From Haliotis rubra (lineage: Eukaryota), in the NCBI RefSeq assembly GCF_003918875.1, contig NW_025767009.1, positions 558,001 to 622,000 on the forward strand: DNA of 64,000 bases, written 5' to 3'. Under the pieces are notes generated by a model. That model was not told the origin of the DNA. It was given only the letters and a program-made list of their open reading frames with translations, and did not search any database. Of the stretch, positions 13,241-25,520 are shown in pieces (the first letter of the stretch is position 1; each line of letters opens with the position of its first letter). The translations under genes were made by a program, and so were the position numbers.

Positions 13241-16137
13241 GGTTTCTGACTAGGAAGTAGTTACAAATTAATGAAACCTTGGAAAGATGGCGCGATGATT
13301 CGGACAATTAATCAATTTCTAGTCTTCTTTATACGTATTTATTATACCATCGGTGAGTGAGTGAGGTTTTTTTATCCCGGGTTTCAACACGATTCATGCG
13401 GTGTGACGGTGGGTGACCCCAGGTGTGGGCGTCATTCACAGTACCCGTGTACTGCCAAAGGTGCCTCAAATCGCTGTGCAGAGTTGCATCCCTTAGTTGT
13501 GCCACGGACCGATGGCAGTGGATGCAAGATTCACTATACCCTTGATGTTTTGCAATGTCGTAAAAATAAATCTTTGTCACTATAGCTGAAAAACAGATTT
13601 TGTAACAGCTGCGTTTAACCATAACCGTTTTTGGAGTCGATCGCGAACCATCGAATTTAAAGGGTCTACGCCCATAGTTTTGCGCTGAAAGGATACTCGC
13701 CCAATCTATATTATGTCATCATATTTTGAAAGATTTAATTTGTAAATTAATTTGTTATACAGTAAACACAGAGACTCTTTGTAAATATGTATGATGAATT
13801 ACACATCCTTACATTACGCTTGTGAAATGCTTCTAAAAGAATTTCAGCTGTCGTAGGTTACCCGTGGTCTAAACCTTGGGTTCCGAGTCAAGCGAGCCTC
13901 GAATCCTTTAACTGGATTTAGAGCGTCACTGCGCATATGCTCATTGAAATACGATCAACTATATCTGGGTGCAAATGCATATTGTATCTCTGGCTGGAAC
14001 TGTTTGTCGTGAAAGCCACGAATTGGCCTGCGTGTCTCAATGTAGACTAACGCTTAGTCTCTGAATATAGAATTTTGATAGGAACAAATAATTCCTCTTA
14101 AAAAGAGCTCCTGTCAGATGGGAACTGAACCTGTGGAAATCTAGACTTGCTTCATTAGGGTTTTAGCACTGCATAAAGGACTGGGCGAAAGGAAATATTA
14201 TGCGGTTCAGGGACTGTGAGACAGACTAGTCTCGATGTGACAGCAGGTGGTAAGCTGACACTGGGACCATTATCTTCTCGGGGTGCAAGTTCTTCCTCAA
14301 GTTACATGTCCCGGAGCCTCGATTTGACAGTCATAAGATAACTCATTTTTCAGAACGAGGCACAAGAAACATTTACTGACCCATTCGTCACCACTCGCCC
14401 ATTTCCGTAATTTGAAGAAGATTCGTTTGGTAGCTAAGGACAAAAATGCCAGGATGAGTCTATGAGTGACTTTTAAGTACCTTGGTGAAAGGCAAGTTGA
14501 TATCTAAAAATATGCCTATATAAGACTTTGATTTCTTTTTGCCGGCTCGCACTAAGACGGAGCTCAGTCAATAAGAGCGGGTCAGTTGAGTTGACGTTTG
14601 GTTTGTCTAAGAATGAAACAAGTTTAGAGAACTTGAACGCCGTTCATCTCTCCTTTTTAGAAAGTAAACAGCAGTTAGTTTTGCCGCATTCGTATTCTTT
14701 GAAAGAGGATCCAGTCTTCTCTATTCACAGCGCTGAAGTACTTTTTGCTGTTATTTCGTTTGTTCTCAGTCGCAAACTATTAATCTCAAATGAGTCTTTA
14801 AGTATGGATGACTTCCGAAGTTTAAAGCAATATTACACGGGGGACAGCAAGATGTGTTTCACCCGGTGTAGTACGTGGTTTATAGCCGCTTTCAGTTTTA
14901 TGAACTTGATGCGAAAGAATGCACAGCGAATCAGAACGAATCATGTATTCGAACTTACAGTCACAGATTTGAAAGAGGATAAATAAAATAATAATAAAAG
15001 CTAATGCCTTAGACGACTGAACCAACCTTTTTCTTCTTTCACCTATTGTAATCATGTTTCAAAATCGTACTCAGTTTCCACCGTGAAATTGACATTCTGA
15101 CCTACTTTGCTAAGGGCCGTCCGAATCCTTTTTATAAAAATCATTAATGAAAGTTACGACTGAAAAAGTCTTTCATAAATAAGGTAATTTCAAAAGTTGA
15201 AAAATCAAACAAATGTCATTTCAGTTTCAATTAAATTCGAGATGTTGAATCTTTAAATTTTGTAAAATAGTAATTTTGAAACAGAGTTGCTGATACGGGA
15301 CTATGTATGACCTCTTTACATTGACATCCGCCTCTCAACTATAATCTGTTTCGCTAATCTACCATCAATGACTGCTGCTATGTGCTTTTAAAGGTTTATG
15401 ATACATGTACAACTATACTGATGCTCTCCACCATCCTTTGAGGTACAAAAGACCTTTAATGTGTAGGATTACTGTACGAGCTTCTGCAATTAATGGCATT
15501 TATTTCAACCTTTAAAAATCAATGGGATGACATAGATTGGACCTTCGAAGAAAGATGAACTTATACATGAAATGTCAAACAGATAAATTGGAAGAGACAT
15601 GCTTCAGAAATGATTATAGCTGGTTTAATTTCAGGTCGAGATATATTCTTAACATGTCTGTATGTCCGATGCTGCTGATTGTGATGGTTACACGAACACG
15701 TGATTTTTAAAGGGAGAGATTTCTATACTTTGCATGGCTTTTTCGTCAATTCGTTCGTCGTTTAAAAGAATATAGTTACGTTACTTAACACGAGAATCGG
15801 CTTTACATGTCGAACTCACCAAGAGCATCCGTACAGAATTGATACGCATAGTTACAAATGATCAAACAAGGAGCTGAAGCGGATATGTCCTTGTTGGGTA
15901 CACGGAAGCATTGAAGGACGTCCATCTTTTTAAGTGGGGTCGAAGCAGTGGGAAATGTTCTTTTAAATCCTTGTAAATTAGGACATGGAGACATAACAGC
16001 AGCTACAACACGTAATGGATTGAGTTTCCTGTTGCTTCTCTGTCAGGAAGTAGAACTCTTAATTCATCCTCGATTTTCAAGGGAATTGTATATCATCGTA
16101 AGATAATTACCATGGACCAATTCTCCTCTATGAGGAA

Positions 16138-16380
16138 CCCGTGAAGATCCGGGTTAGAATTGGTCTTTAGTAACCCATGCTTGTCGTAAGAGGCGACTAA
16201 CGGGATCGGGTGCTCAGGCTCGCTGACATGGTTGAGACATGTCATCGTATCCCAGTTGCGTAGATCGATGCTCAAGCTGTTGATCACAGGATAGTCTGGT
16301 CCAGACTCGATTATTTACAGACCGCCGTCATATAGCTTGAATATTGCTGAGTGCGGTGTAAGACAACAACCAACCAACCA
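16138..16380 (+). mobile_element. Retroposon family B (no tRNA head), full length
   Basis: Starts CCCGTGAAGATCCGGGTTAGAA and ends gaatattgctgagtgcggtgtaa plus a (CAAC)n tail. Confidence 0.9.
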
Positions 16381-16391
16381 ATCCTCCATCA

Positions 16392-16630
16392 GGTCAGGTA
16401 GCCAAGAGGTCAACGCGTTAGTTCGTCACGCTGAAGACCTGGGTTCTATTCCTCACACGCCGTGATGTTGCTGGAATACTGCTAAAAGCGGCGTAAAACC
16501 AAACTCAGTCAGTCTAGACAATTTTCCTCACAGGGATTCTTAAGTTGTTTGTGTGAAGCCCATTTCTGGTGTCCCTGTCGTGATATTGCTGGAATGGTAC
16601 TAAAAGCTGCTTACAAACATTCTCTCTTTC
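16392..16630 (+). mobile_element. Two partial SINE family A copies (16392-16513 internally deleted; 16550-16630 5'-truncated)
   Basis: Head plus tail, and body plus tail, match family A. Confidence 0.8.
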
Positions 16631-17002
16631 CACCATGGTGGATGGGTGAATATTGTTTTACGCCGCATATCAGCAATCTTGCACATACCATAAGGAATCG
16701 TATCAAGTCGGTTCGACCTACACGATGCTAAAATTAGAAGTCCAATAAAAATACTCTGTTCTTTGACGATTGCTACAAGAAGCAACATCACAAGGACGGG
16801 ACATGACTCAGATACGACCTGAACGTGATGAAGCATAAGGAAGTCCTCTTTTGACTTAAGACTCACGGAAATATCTTTTCCTTTATATCGCTTTCTGGAT
16901 TGATTACACATATGACTAGCTTGAACGATGTCACTGTGTTGAATTTAGATCCATGCCGAACTCATGAATGCTAAGCTTATGAACATCTTTGTAAAGTTTG
17001 TG

Positions 17003-17223
17003 TTTGTTGGTTGTTAAACGCTAGGCAATGTTCCAGATATATGGCGGCGATCTGTAAATAGTTTGGACCGATCGGATCTGGAACATCGACCTATAATGTA
17101 CGCAAATGGTATACGATGGCGTGTGTTTACCAAGTCAGCGAGCTTGACTCCCCGATCCCGGTAGTCGCTTCTTACGACAAGCACGGGCTGCTGAAGACCA
17201 ATTCTAATCCGAATCTTCACGGA
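17003..17223 (-). mobile_element. Retroposon family B
   Basis: 14-bp TSD ttg(t/c)aaagtttgtg (16989-17002 / 17224-17237) abuts the 5' end. Confidence 0.9.
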
Positions 17224-18381
17224 TTGCAAAGTTTGTGATAAGTGATATGAAGGTCATCTAAAATTGGGCTATGGTGGCGAATGAGCCTATTACATGTGTA
17301 TTCCATCATTCAAAACCAGATCCTAGGTCACGATACCGGTAAACAAAAATCAGAGGACATTCGATTACAGGTCACGTTCCATACCGGGAAATATGGAATT
17401 TCCTCAAACAGTGAATAGTAATTCATTCAGGATAGTCAGATAATTGTCGTTCTTCGTATCTTTCTGTGATTGGACTAAGTTGCTCTATATACTTAATTAC
17501 TCATTGTCATTTCAAGATGAATATGAAGGGTCACGTACTAAATGTCAACCCTGTCAATGACGTCAACTGTTGTTCCCGAACATCTGGTGTCGTCATTGAT
17601 TTTAAGTAATAAAATACCATTCATCCGTATTCCGCTCTATGGAAACTTTTCCGGCGGATAATCGAGGCTAATCATTCTCTAGCGTTGATGCTTTATGTTA
17701 TTCAGATGATGTAACGTTACAAGTTTGCTACGTTAATAACAACGGACGACCTCAACAGTGAATCAGTGTGACGTCATATCGCTTCAGCTAGCCAATCAGC
17801 ATCGAATGCCACTTTAATACCAATGTTGTTAAACTCGGTCGTTGAAAAATAATAAAAAAAGGTAAATGATGTTTCATTTCGCACAGCATTGACAAAACTT
17901 GAACAGTATTCATAATGTGTCGATCTCGGAGGTTCTCATTCCGTTTTAACCAGCTTTCTAATTAGATTGAGATACATAATTATTAATATTCTTGTTTTAC
18001 TGTTTCGCACTCACATTCAGAAGATTATTACCAGCTGACCACACCGAACCATAGATAAAACTAGGTTAATTTGGAGGAAGATTCATCTCGAACACAATCA
18101 CGAAATGTCAACCCATGACAAGGGTCCGTCTTGGCTCCCACAATCTTCACAGTTATGTATGAAATGAGCGTCTGAAGATCGTTATGAAAGTGATCACAAG
18201 TGTTGATGTGAATGTACAGTTAGTTAAGACTAAGTTGTTCTCAAGGAGCGGGTTTTAGCTATTTTAAGGAAGTTTTATTTAAAATATTATTTGAATATGA
18301 TCAAGTGTTCGTGAAACGTTTATTTCCTTTGGAGGCATTGCTGAGGACAGTTAAAAACGTGGATAAATATTAAATATTAAA

Positions 18382-18533
18382 TGAAGCAAAATTAACCAAA
18401 ACGCGACACGTGACAATGCGACAAATGGACGAAAAATGTCGCGTGTCGCGTTTTGTTTTATTTTGCCTCACTTTACATGTTTTTGAGAGGGCGACGATGC
18501 GACATAGCGACAATGTCCCTTCTCGGATTCCAT
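18382..18533. mobile_element. MITE-like remnant with a 34-bp inverted repeat and GCGACA motifs
   Basis: 18382-18415 matches the reverse complement of 18437-18470 at 30/34; further gcgac motifs run to about 18530. Confidence 0.55.
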
Positions 18534-18742
18534 AGATTTTAGTCTTTTGTGTGGATTGAAACATGCAATTTCAAATGCAGCTCACAACTACACGTCTTGT
18601 AGATTAAGGAGCTGCTATTCTACCTTGTACTTTGTTAAACATCTGATTAAAATATTATCTATTTGAGACATGCAAAAACATTTTTAAACCATGACGTTTG
18701 AGTATATCAATGTGAAAAAAACATTTGTCAAAGTGTACTTAC

Positions 18743-18879
18743 CGATGTAAAGTCAAGTTTTAAGTGTTTCAAGTTTGGATCATAGAGCAGCCGAGATGGC
18801 TCAATGTTGATTGGTGATTGTTGGTGACCTAATTTACACATATTCCAATCAGGATTGAGTATTCCCCAATAGTCCGGGC
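18743..18879 (-). CDS. Carbonic anhydrase-related protein (CA10/CARP-like), internal coding exon
   Basis: ttttgttgcag|GC CCG GAC TAT TGG...ACA TCG|gtaagt; 137 nt, phase 1-0. Encodes GPDYWGILNPDWNMCKLGHQQSPINIEPSRLLYDPNLKHLKLDFTS, with the alpha-CA GPxxW and QSPINI motifs plus the CARP-type WGLxNxxWxxC and LLxDPxL signatures. Confidence 0.93.
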
Positions 18880-19428
18880 CTGCAACAAAAAATACATTAA
18901 ACAGAATGTTATGCGTTTTCAAACAGAACACAAGGGAACTCGTTAATATATGATATATAAAATAATACTTATATAGAATTTCTGGCAAATTTATATGTAC
19001 TTTAAGAAAGGTTAAACACCAATCCGTCTATTATTCATATATCCTGAAATGCCATATTTGGGAAATATGTACATTGACATTTCTCATATTTTGCAAAAAA
19101 TAAGATTGAATACTTGCTGAAGCGTTAACACAAGGTAACAGTATGTTATCCCCATATTGTCAAATACTAAGTCATATCATGACTTGGGAAACAGTTATAA
19201 GGAAAGTCAAACAACTATAGCCTTGGACAAACTGAAAATAAACACGTCATTAGATAATGGACATTTGCAGTCGGTACAAGTAACGGTGTGGTGGACTGCT
19301 GGCAAAATTATTCGCCCGTCATACCGATTCAGAACACTGGTACGTACCCCACTCACCCAATCAGTCAGCCACAATGTGTAGGTCGCTTGTACACAAAAAC
19401 AACGATTTGTTTCGAAAAGTATGAACCT

Positions 19429-19437
19429 GCGTACGTG

Positions 19438-19472
<35 letters not shown>

Positions 19473-19490
19473 ACGCATACATACATACAC
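19429..19490. repeat. (GCGT)n/(ATAC)n alternating purine-pyrimidine microsatellite
   Basis: About 60 bp of strict R/Y alternation. Confidence 0.92.
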
Positions 19491-20080
19491 TGTTTATATC
19501 TATTTACAAGGTCCTTGACTATAAATTTCAAATCATCACAGTACAGCTGCTTGTGTAATTTGAGCAACAGAGTGTCATCTTTCATCATCCTCTTCATATA
19601 AACCAGAGAAAGTTGACGGTAACGCGTCCAGCATATCAGTATTAATATTTTACAAGAAAAAATCCCTTCCTGCTAATAGAAAACGACAGTTAAGGAAAGA
19701 TACTGTAACTATTGCGTGTGTGAATTCCATCTCTCTCCCGTTCAGCAAAACAAATCTAGTGCTGAAACTTTATCCAGGAAATAATGATATTTTTCAAGGG
19801 TTGAAACCTAGATAGGGCTGACCTATATTAATGAACACTTTCTTCCGACGCGCAAAGACTATACCAATCTTTCTCTGACAATTTATCAGGTGTGACAATG
19901 GAACGTGACGTTTGTTCGATAAAGGTTATTGTTAGATTAATATATCAAAAACATTCTCTGTGGTGATGTTTATTGGTCATAACTGACAGATAATTATAAT
20001 TATGATGATATGGACTTTATAGCTTTATGTTGTGAACATGACAAACAGCATGAGAAGATAGACCACGGCCGACCATTCAA

Positions 20081-20243
20081 TGAGTGAGTGAGTTGGGTTT
20101 TACGCCGCTTTTAGCAATATTCCAACAATTTCACGGGGTGGACACCAAAAATGAGCTTCACACATTGTAGCCATATGGGGAATCGAACTCGGATCTTCGG
20201 CATGACGAGCGAACGCTTTAACCACTAAGCTACCCCACCGCCC
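20081..20243 (-). mobile_element. SINE family A
   Basis: Full length; gaccattca on both flanks. Confidence 0.93.
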
Positions 20244-20772
20244 ACGGACCATTCAGTGACACGTTGGGAAAAGAAATGTGCCTCGAATTTTTCCCCCAAA
20301 GTAATAGTTCACTGGTTTACTTGTGAAAATAACATCTGTTTTGTGGATCTCTTAAAAATGTTCCACTCCACCTTTTAGCGAAAACAATGTTGTTTTTACG
20401 CTGTGAGAATCTAAATATAAATACAAATAATTAAGCTTGTGAGATCAAAGAAAATTGTGTAAGAATGTCAAATGGAACCTTCAGTCCATTATAAAACCAA
20501 TACACATCAAATCTTCAAAGAAGAAATAACCGGTTCGAATGATTTTTTATCAAGATATTAATGTGATAAATTGGTACATTTGCCATGGAGTATATAGATA
20601 AGGTGAAATGGATTTTAATGTCACATTCAAAATTATTACACATAGAGCTACGTGCGCCTGCGTTCATGCGTTCGTGTGTGTGTGTGCGCGCGCGTGCGTG
20701 TGTGTTTCTGTGTGTACTGCCGGTCATATGAAGGACATTGGTGTTACCCTACAAGGATGCCATACCATAAGT

Positions 20773-20921
20773 GAGGTGAGGTGAGGTGAAATTTAACGTC
20801 GTGCTTGAGAATATTTCGCTCATATGACGACGTGCATGCCTGTGTATGTGTAGGTGTATGTGCGGCTGCTTGTACTAGCCGAGACTGAAGCTGATTTTAT
20901 AGTGCTAGCCCACTGAGATAC
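20773..20921 (-). mobile_element. 5'-truncated retroposon of a third family with a (CACCT)n tail
   Basis: Perfect 14-bp TSD gccataccataagt (20759-20772 / 20922-20935). The 3' end gaaatattctcaagcacgacgttaaa resembles the A/B tails. Confidence 0.85.
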
Positions 20922-20942
20922 GCCATACCATAAGTACATATA

Positions 20943-22221
20943 TGGTATGACCAGATATTACTGAGAATTTTAGGAATATGTTTAATTGGATTTCTAATAT
21001 AAACAACCTTGACCAGCTATCAAGTGCTTGGTTTCATTCAAGAGAGACAACTCCGTTGATCCTTTTTCATTAGTTTGTGAAGAGTTATCCCCCTTTGTTT
21101 ACTTGCTAGCAGACGACATTTTCAGTGATCCTCAGTATGGATGATTTAGAGGAGAGGAAGTTGATTTTAGAGTATTATAACAAGGACATCAGATCAGCTA
21201 AAGTGATTTCAAGTAGAACAGGCATCCCTTTGTCCACTGTTTATCGTGTTTTGAAAAATATTGCAAATGGATATGGCATTGAGCGCCAGGGAGGCGCAGG
21301 TAGGCCCAGAAAATTGACTGTCGGTGACAGGAGGCCGTTTGGTATTCTTGTTTCTAAAAACAAACGAAGGAGTTTAGAAAACTTAAGGCTGGATATGATT
21401 GATAGAGAAACTGTGGCTGTCTGTAAGGAGACAATTAGAACTGAGCTGCATGCAATGGGTTGGCAGAAAAGTCAAGGAATTCCATCACCGATCATGAAAC
21501 CTGAACAAAAGGAGCGAAGGTTGAACTGGTGCTTACAGCATAGAAATTTTAACTGGGACAATGTGATTTTCTCAGATGAAAGTTCTGTGTGGCTGTTTCC
21601 TAATACACTGAAATTCTGGACCAAACAAACTGAAAAACCTTTGTATCAGCGCCCAAAGTACAGTCCGATATTTAACGTGTGGGGTGGCATATCTGTGTTA
21701 GTGGCAACGCCCCTCTGTGTATTTGAATGGAATATGAACAGTGAGCTGTACACAGATATTCTCGTGGGACATTTACTTCCATGTGCTCACGTGTTCTATG
21801 GACATTTTTGGATTTTCCAGTAGGACAACAGCCCAAAACATCGTTCAAAGCATTCACAGGCCTGGTTTCTGACCCAAAATATGGCATTATTAGATTGGCC
21901 AAGCTATAACCCTGACCTAAATCCAATAGAAAATGTATTGGGACTTACGGAGGAAAGTGTCAATAAGAAAAATCTGACAAATATTGCTGAAATGAAAGAA
22001 GAGGTGGTCCGATATTGGGACAGCATGGACCACGACTTTCTAACTTCTTTGATCAATAGTATGCCCCGCCGCATTGAAGCCTTCATTGCTGCCCATGGTG
22101 ACTTGACAAAATACTAACTGTTCACCTGTCTTTGAATCTGGAGTTATGTTCTGCTAATATTCACATTTATACGTGAGTAATGAGTGAAAAAACAACAACA
22201 TTACAATCTTAAATTGTACTG
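20943..22221 (+). mobile_element. Tc1/mariner (DD34E) transposon, near full length, inside the CARP intron
   Basis: TA flanks; 5' TIR tggtatgaccagatattactgagaattt; 3' TIR internally deleted (aaatt-gtactg). Confidence 0.93.
21137..22117 (+). pseudogene. Tc1 transposase (326 codons) with a single premature stop
   Basis: HTH-like N-terminus, GRPRK, FSDES, Q*DNSPKH (TAG at 21821-21823), WPSYNPDLNPIE. D-to-E spacing is 34 and the frame continues through the stop. Confidence 0.93.
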
Positions 22222-22251
22222 TATATCCTTCATACCGAGCACAGGGAAGGT

Positions 22252-22691
22252 CATTCGTAACTACTCGTCCCTTTCCGTAACCTGAAAGAAGACTCGTACC
22301 CCTCACGTAGCCATTTTACTGAACTTGACTCTGTCTGAGCGCAAAAACGCAGAGAGAAAGAAATAGTCTAGTCGCCGAACTATTTTCAAGGGCATGTAAC
22401 TCTAGTTTACTTGGAAAACAAACATTGCATCCACGCCAAGGAAATTATCTCAAAGGGTATGTTTAACATGCTTAAATACTTTCCTACGCCAGTAGGAAAA
22501 TATACTTGAAGTGTCTGGGAAAAAATTATGCAAGCCGAAATGAAAATTGTTTCCAACTAACTATTTTGACCCAATTTCTTCTCTACATACGCGCATTCTG
22601 ATTGGCTGGGGGAATATTTCTCCCGGACATGTCTACGAGAGGGGTACGAGTCATCTTTCAGGTTAGGGAAAGGGACGAGTAGTTACGAATG
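22252..22691. mobile_element. MULE-like MITE
   Basis: 59-bp TIRs (cattcgtaactactcgtccctttcc...) with 3 mismatches; 9-bp TSD agg(g/c)aaggt. Confidence 0.88.
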
Positions 22692-22838
22692 AGGCAAGGT
22701 AACAATAGAAATAAGTCAATATGACGCCAGAGCTATTGACATCCCTGTATGCTATTGAGTTAATTAATTACTAAAGTCTAGCGACAACAAACATGACTTT
22801 ATCAAATCGAAATCTGAGAAGTTTTAATATCGCCTCAC

Positions 22839-22877
22839 CCGATAATCCTTCGTATGACCACCATAGCGCCCAAGGAT
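22839..22877 (-). CDS. Carbonic anhydrase-related protein (CA10/CARP-like), 39-nt coding micro-exon
   Basis: Minus strand reads ctttattccag|AT CCT TGG GCG CTA TGG TGG TCA TAC GAA GGA TTA TCG G|gtgagg = (x)PWALWWSYEGLSG. Canonical AG/GT, phase 1-1. Matches the W-x-x-WW-x-Y-x-G-x-SG N-terminal motif of invertebrate CARPs and joins in frame to the 18879 exon. Confidence 0.9.
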
Positions 22878-23864
22878 CTGGAATAAAGAGCAAAGAAAAT
22901 TATTTTGATTCAAAATATTTACAAATTGATTATGAAATGTGATAGCGACGACTTTAGCACAGCTCTGCAGGGTAGTTTCGACCTCAGCAACTTCTGTCAA
23001 CAGTTGCTATTATGTTGACAATCAAGGGACAAATTTGATTTTTTTCAAAGAGAGAACTACAGATTTGTTGAATGTGTGCGGGATGCAGGAGAAACGTCTT
23101 CAGCAACCTTGACCTTGACGGGTGTTTCCGCGAGAACGCCATTTCCTCACACGTATTGCCAGGAATCTTTATTGTAACTCTTCAATGATTCTTCAGCTCA
23201 CCTTTTAATGAACACCTGGTGTCATCACTATTTGATAGTGAATCATAAACACATGCTCATGAAACAGTCGGAATCTTGCCATCAAATCTAATTTCACTAA
23301 TGATTTCTTATAAATATGGAAAGAATTTTGCGCTTTTATTTATACACGTTTGCAGTTCCACTTTCATTGCACTCTTAGACTGACATTGATCAATGTCGTG
23401 TTGTTTATGATGAATATTTGGAACACGTATTATTACTATATCATCTACGCAACGATGATATCGTCATACATGGGCATAATGTGACACACAGTCATCATGG
23501 TCACATGGCCACCCCATCGCTAGTCTGGGTCACTCTTATTCTCCCAGTGTAGAATGACCACTATGGCGATAGAGATAGACAGCGATATTAAACGATGGTC
23601 GTGTGGTCACCCTCGATTATCCAGTCAAGCTTATATTCATTCTTATGAGAAATACCCAAGATCCATTAGTCATGTTTCTGAAGCGACCATCTCATGTGGC
23701 TAACTTTGCACGAAATTTCTTTCGCTGTTTGGTATTATTTGATTGGGATTTGATTTTTAGCAATGATTGTAACGAATGTGTATCTATCATAAAATAGAAC
23801 TGAATGTTTTCTAGTCGTATGTGGAGCATATGATCAATCTATAAATATGACATGTGCAATTGGT

Positions 23865-24032
23865 AGTGAGTGGGTGAGTTTGTTTAGTTTTACGACGCTT
23901 TTAGCAATATTCTAGCAATATCATGACGGGGGGCACCAGAATAGGCTTCGCACATTCTACCCATGTGAGGAATCGATGCCGGGTCTTCGGCGTGACGAGC
24001 GAACGCTTTAACCCCAAGGCTACCCTACTGCC
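23865..24032 (-). mobile_element. SINE family A
   Basis: Full length; flanks tgtgc(a/c)att. Confidence 0.92.
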
Positions 24033-24097
24033 TCTGTGCCATTTGTACATGCGGGTATGTAACTATAGGTGGATTTTTATTAACGTTGCAGTATATC

Positions 24098-24314
24098 AGT
24101 TAAATTACAACGATTAATGTTGCTTTAAGGAATATTTAAGTTAAATTACAACGATTACCGTTGCTATAAGCAACATTTAAGTTAAATTACAACGATAACT
24201 GTTGCTTTAAGCAATATTTAAGTTAAATTACAACGATTACCGTTGCTTTAAGCAATTTTTCAGTTGAATTACAAGGATCAACGTTGCTTTAAGCAACATT
24301 TAAGCTAAATTACA
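24098..24314. repeat. 41-bp tandem repeat, about 5 copies
   Basis: Unit AGTTAAATTACAACGATTACCGTTGCTTTAAGCAATATTTA at 24098, 24139, 24180 and onward. Confidence 0.93.
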
Positions 24315-24944
24315 GCAAGGGTCCAAAGTAGCAGTGTCATAGATTTAATACAAAAAAAGTATGGTGCTTCTCTACAAACTAAGATTCGTTCCAGAATCAG
24401 CGGATCTTGCACGACTAAAGGAGACAACTCCCTCTGATACATATAAAATAATTTGACAGTAATCCTTATTCAAAACAGCCACATTTTGCCTCAATACCAC
24501 TGAGATATTGCAATTCATTTCTCGGCTCACACCTTTTCAAAATCAGAGTGTTGTAGATATTCTGCCTAAGTGCAATATGAGCCAAAGCTTTAATGGTACG
24601 TTTGGTCGATGCTGCTCTTTTGCCTCGTCTAATGGATTTTGGATCATGATGAATCTACATTTACATTGGAGACAGAATTGTAAGCATGCTCAGTCACAGG
24701 GGACTGACATAATCTGTAATATGAAGATGCCGTGCTCTGGTAGACATGCGTCATCTGTCAAGCTTCATTTCCTGATTCAAGTCAGTCCAGACTGTTGTAG
24801 CTCTGTCCATCATGTACTGACACTATTATCTCTGGTGCTGTTGTAACACGTTAATCACTTGCAAGTGTCCACATTGTTGTGATTGTTAACCCTTCACCAA
24901 ACAGACAACTCTGTACTGTACTTACATTTCAAGACGGGGTGGGT

Positions 24945-25291
24945 TCGGGGTGGTAGCCTAGCGGTTAAGGTGTCCGTTGTTCAAGCCGAAAACCTGGGTT
25001 CGATTACATATCTGTGTACAGTTGAGTGAGTGAGTTTAGTTTTACGCCACACTCAGCAATATTCCACCTATATGGCGGCGGTCTATAAGTAATCGAGTCT
25101 GGACCAGACAATCCAGTGATCAACAGCATGACCCTCGATCTACGCAACTGGGATACGATGACATGTGCCAACCGAGTCAGCGAATCTGACCACCTAATAC
25201 TGTTAGTTGCCTCGTACGACAAGCATGGAATACTGAAGATCAATTCTGACCCGGATCTTCACGGGTCTATGGGTACAATGTCTGAAGCTCA
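24945..25291 (+). mobile_element. SINE family A interrupted by a family B insertion
   Basis: Head runs to 25020; body resumes at about 25269 (atgggtacaatgtctgaagc). Confidence 0.8.
25024..25266 (-). mobile_element. Retroposon family B, full length, (ACTC)n tail
   Basis: + strand ends ...cccggatcttcacgggt; nested in a family A copy. Confidence 0.92.
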
Positions 25292-25299
25292 TGAAGATC

Positions 25300-25520
25300 C
25301 CTGAAGATCCGGTGTAGAATTGATCTTCAGCAACCCATGCCTTTCGAAAGAGATGACAAACAGGATCGGGTTGTGATTTGGTTGATGTCACTGAATCAGA
25401 GTTACGAAAATCGATGCTCATCGATGTCGAGGAGGGTTCTCTGGTGCAGACTCGGTTACTAGATTGCCATCATATCGCCGGAAAATCGCTAAGAGCGGCG
25501 TAAAACCATATTTACTCACT
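25300..25520 (+). mobile_element. Retroposon family B, diverged
   Basis: cctgaagatccggtgtagaattgatcttcagcaacccatgc...gagcggcgtaaaacc. Confidence 0.8.

Noticed and set aside
14528-14986. 152-aa ORF
   Set aside because: Non-ATG start, no recognisable motif or splice support; plausible by chance.
16138-16210. Canonical HDV-like ribozyme at the family B 5' end
   Set aside because: A P4-like hairpin followed by CTAA is present, but no P3/L3 (YCC) or P1.1 can be assigned. Kept only as an unclassified structured-RNA candidate.
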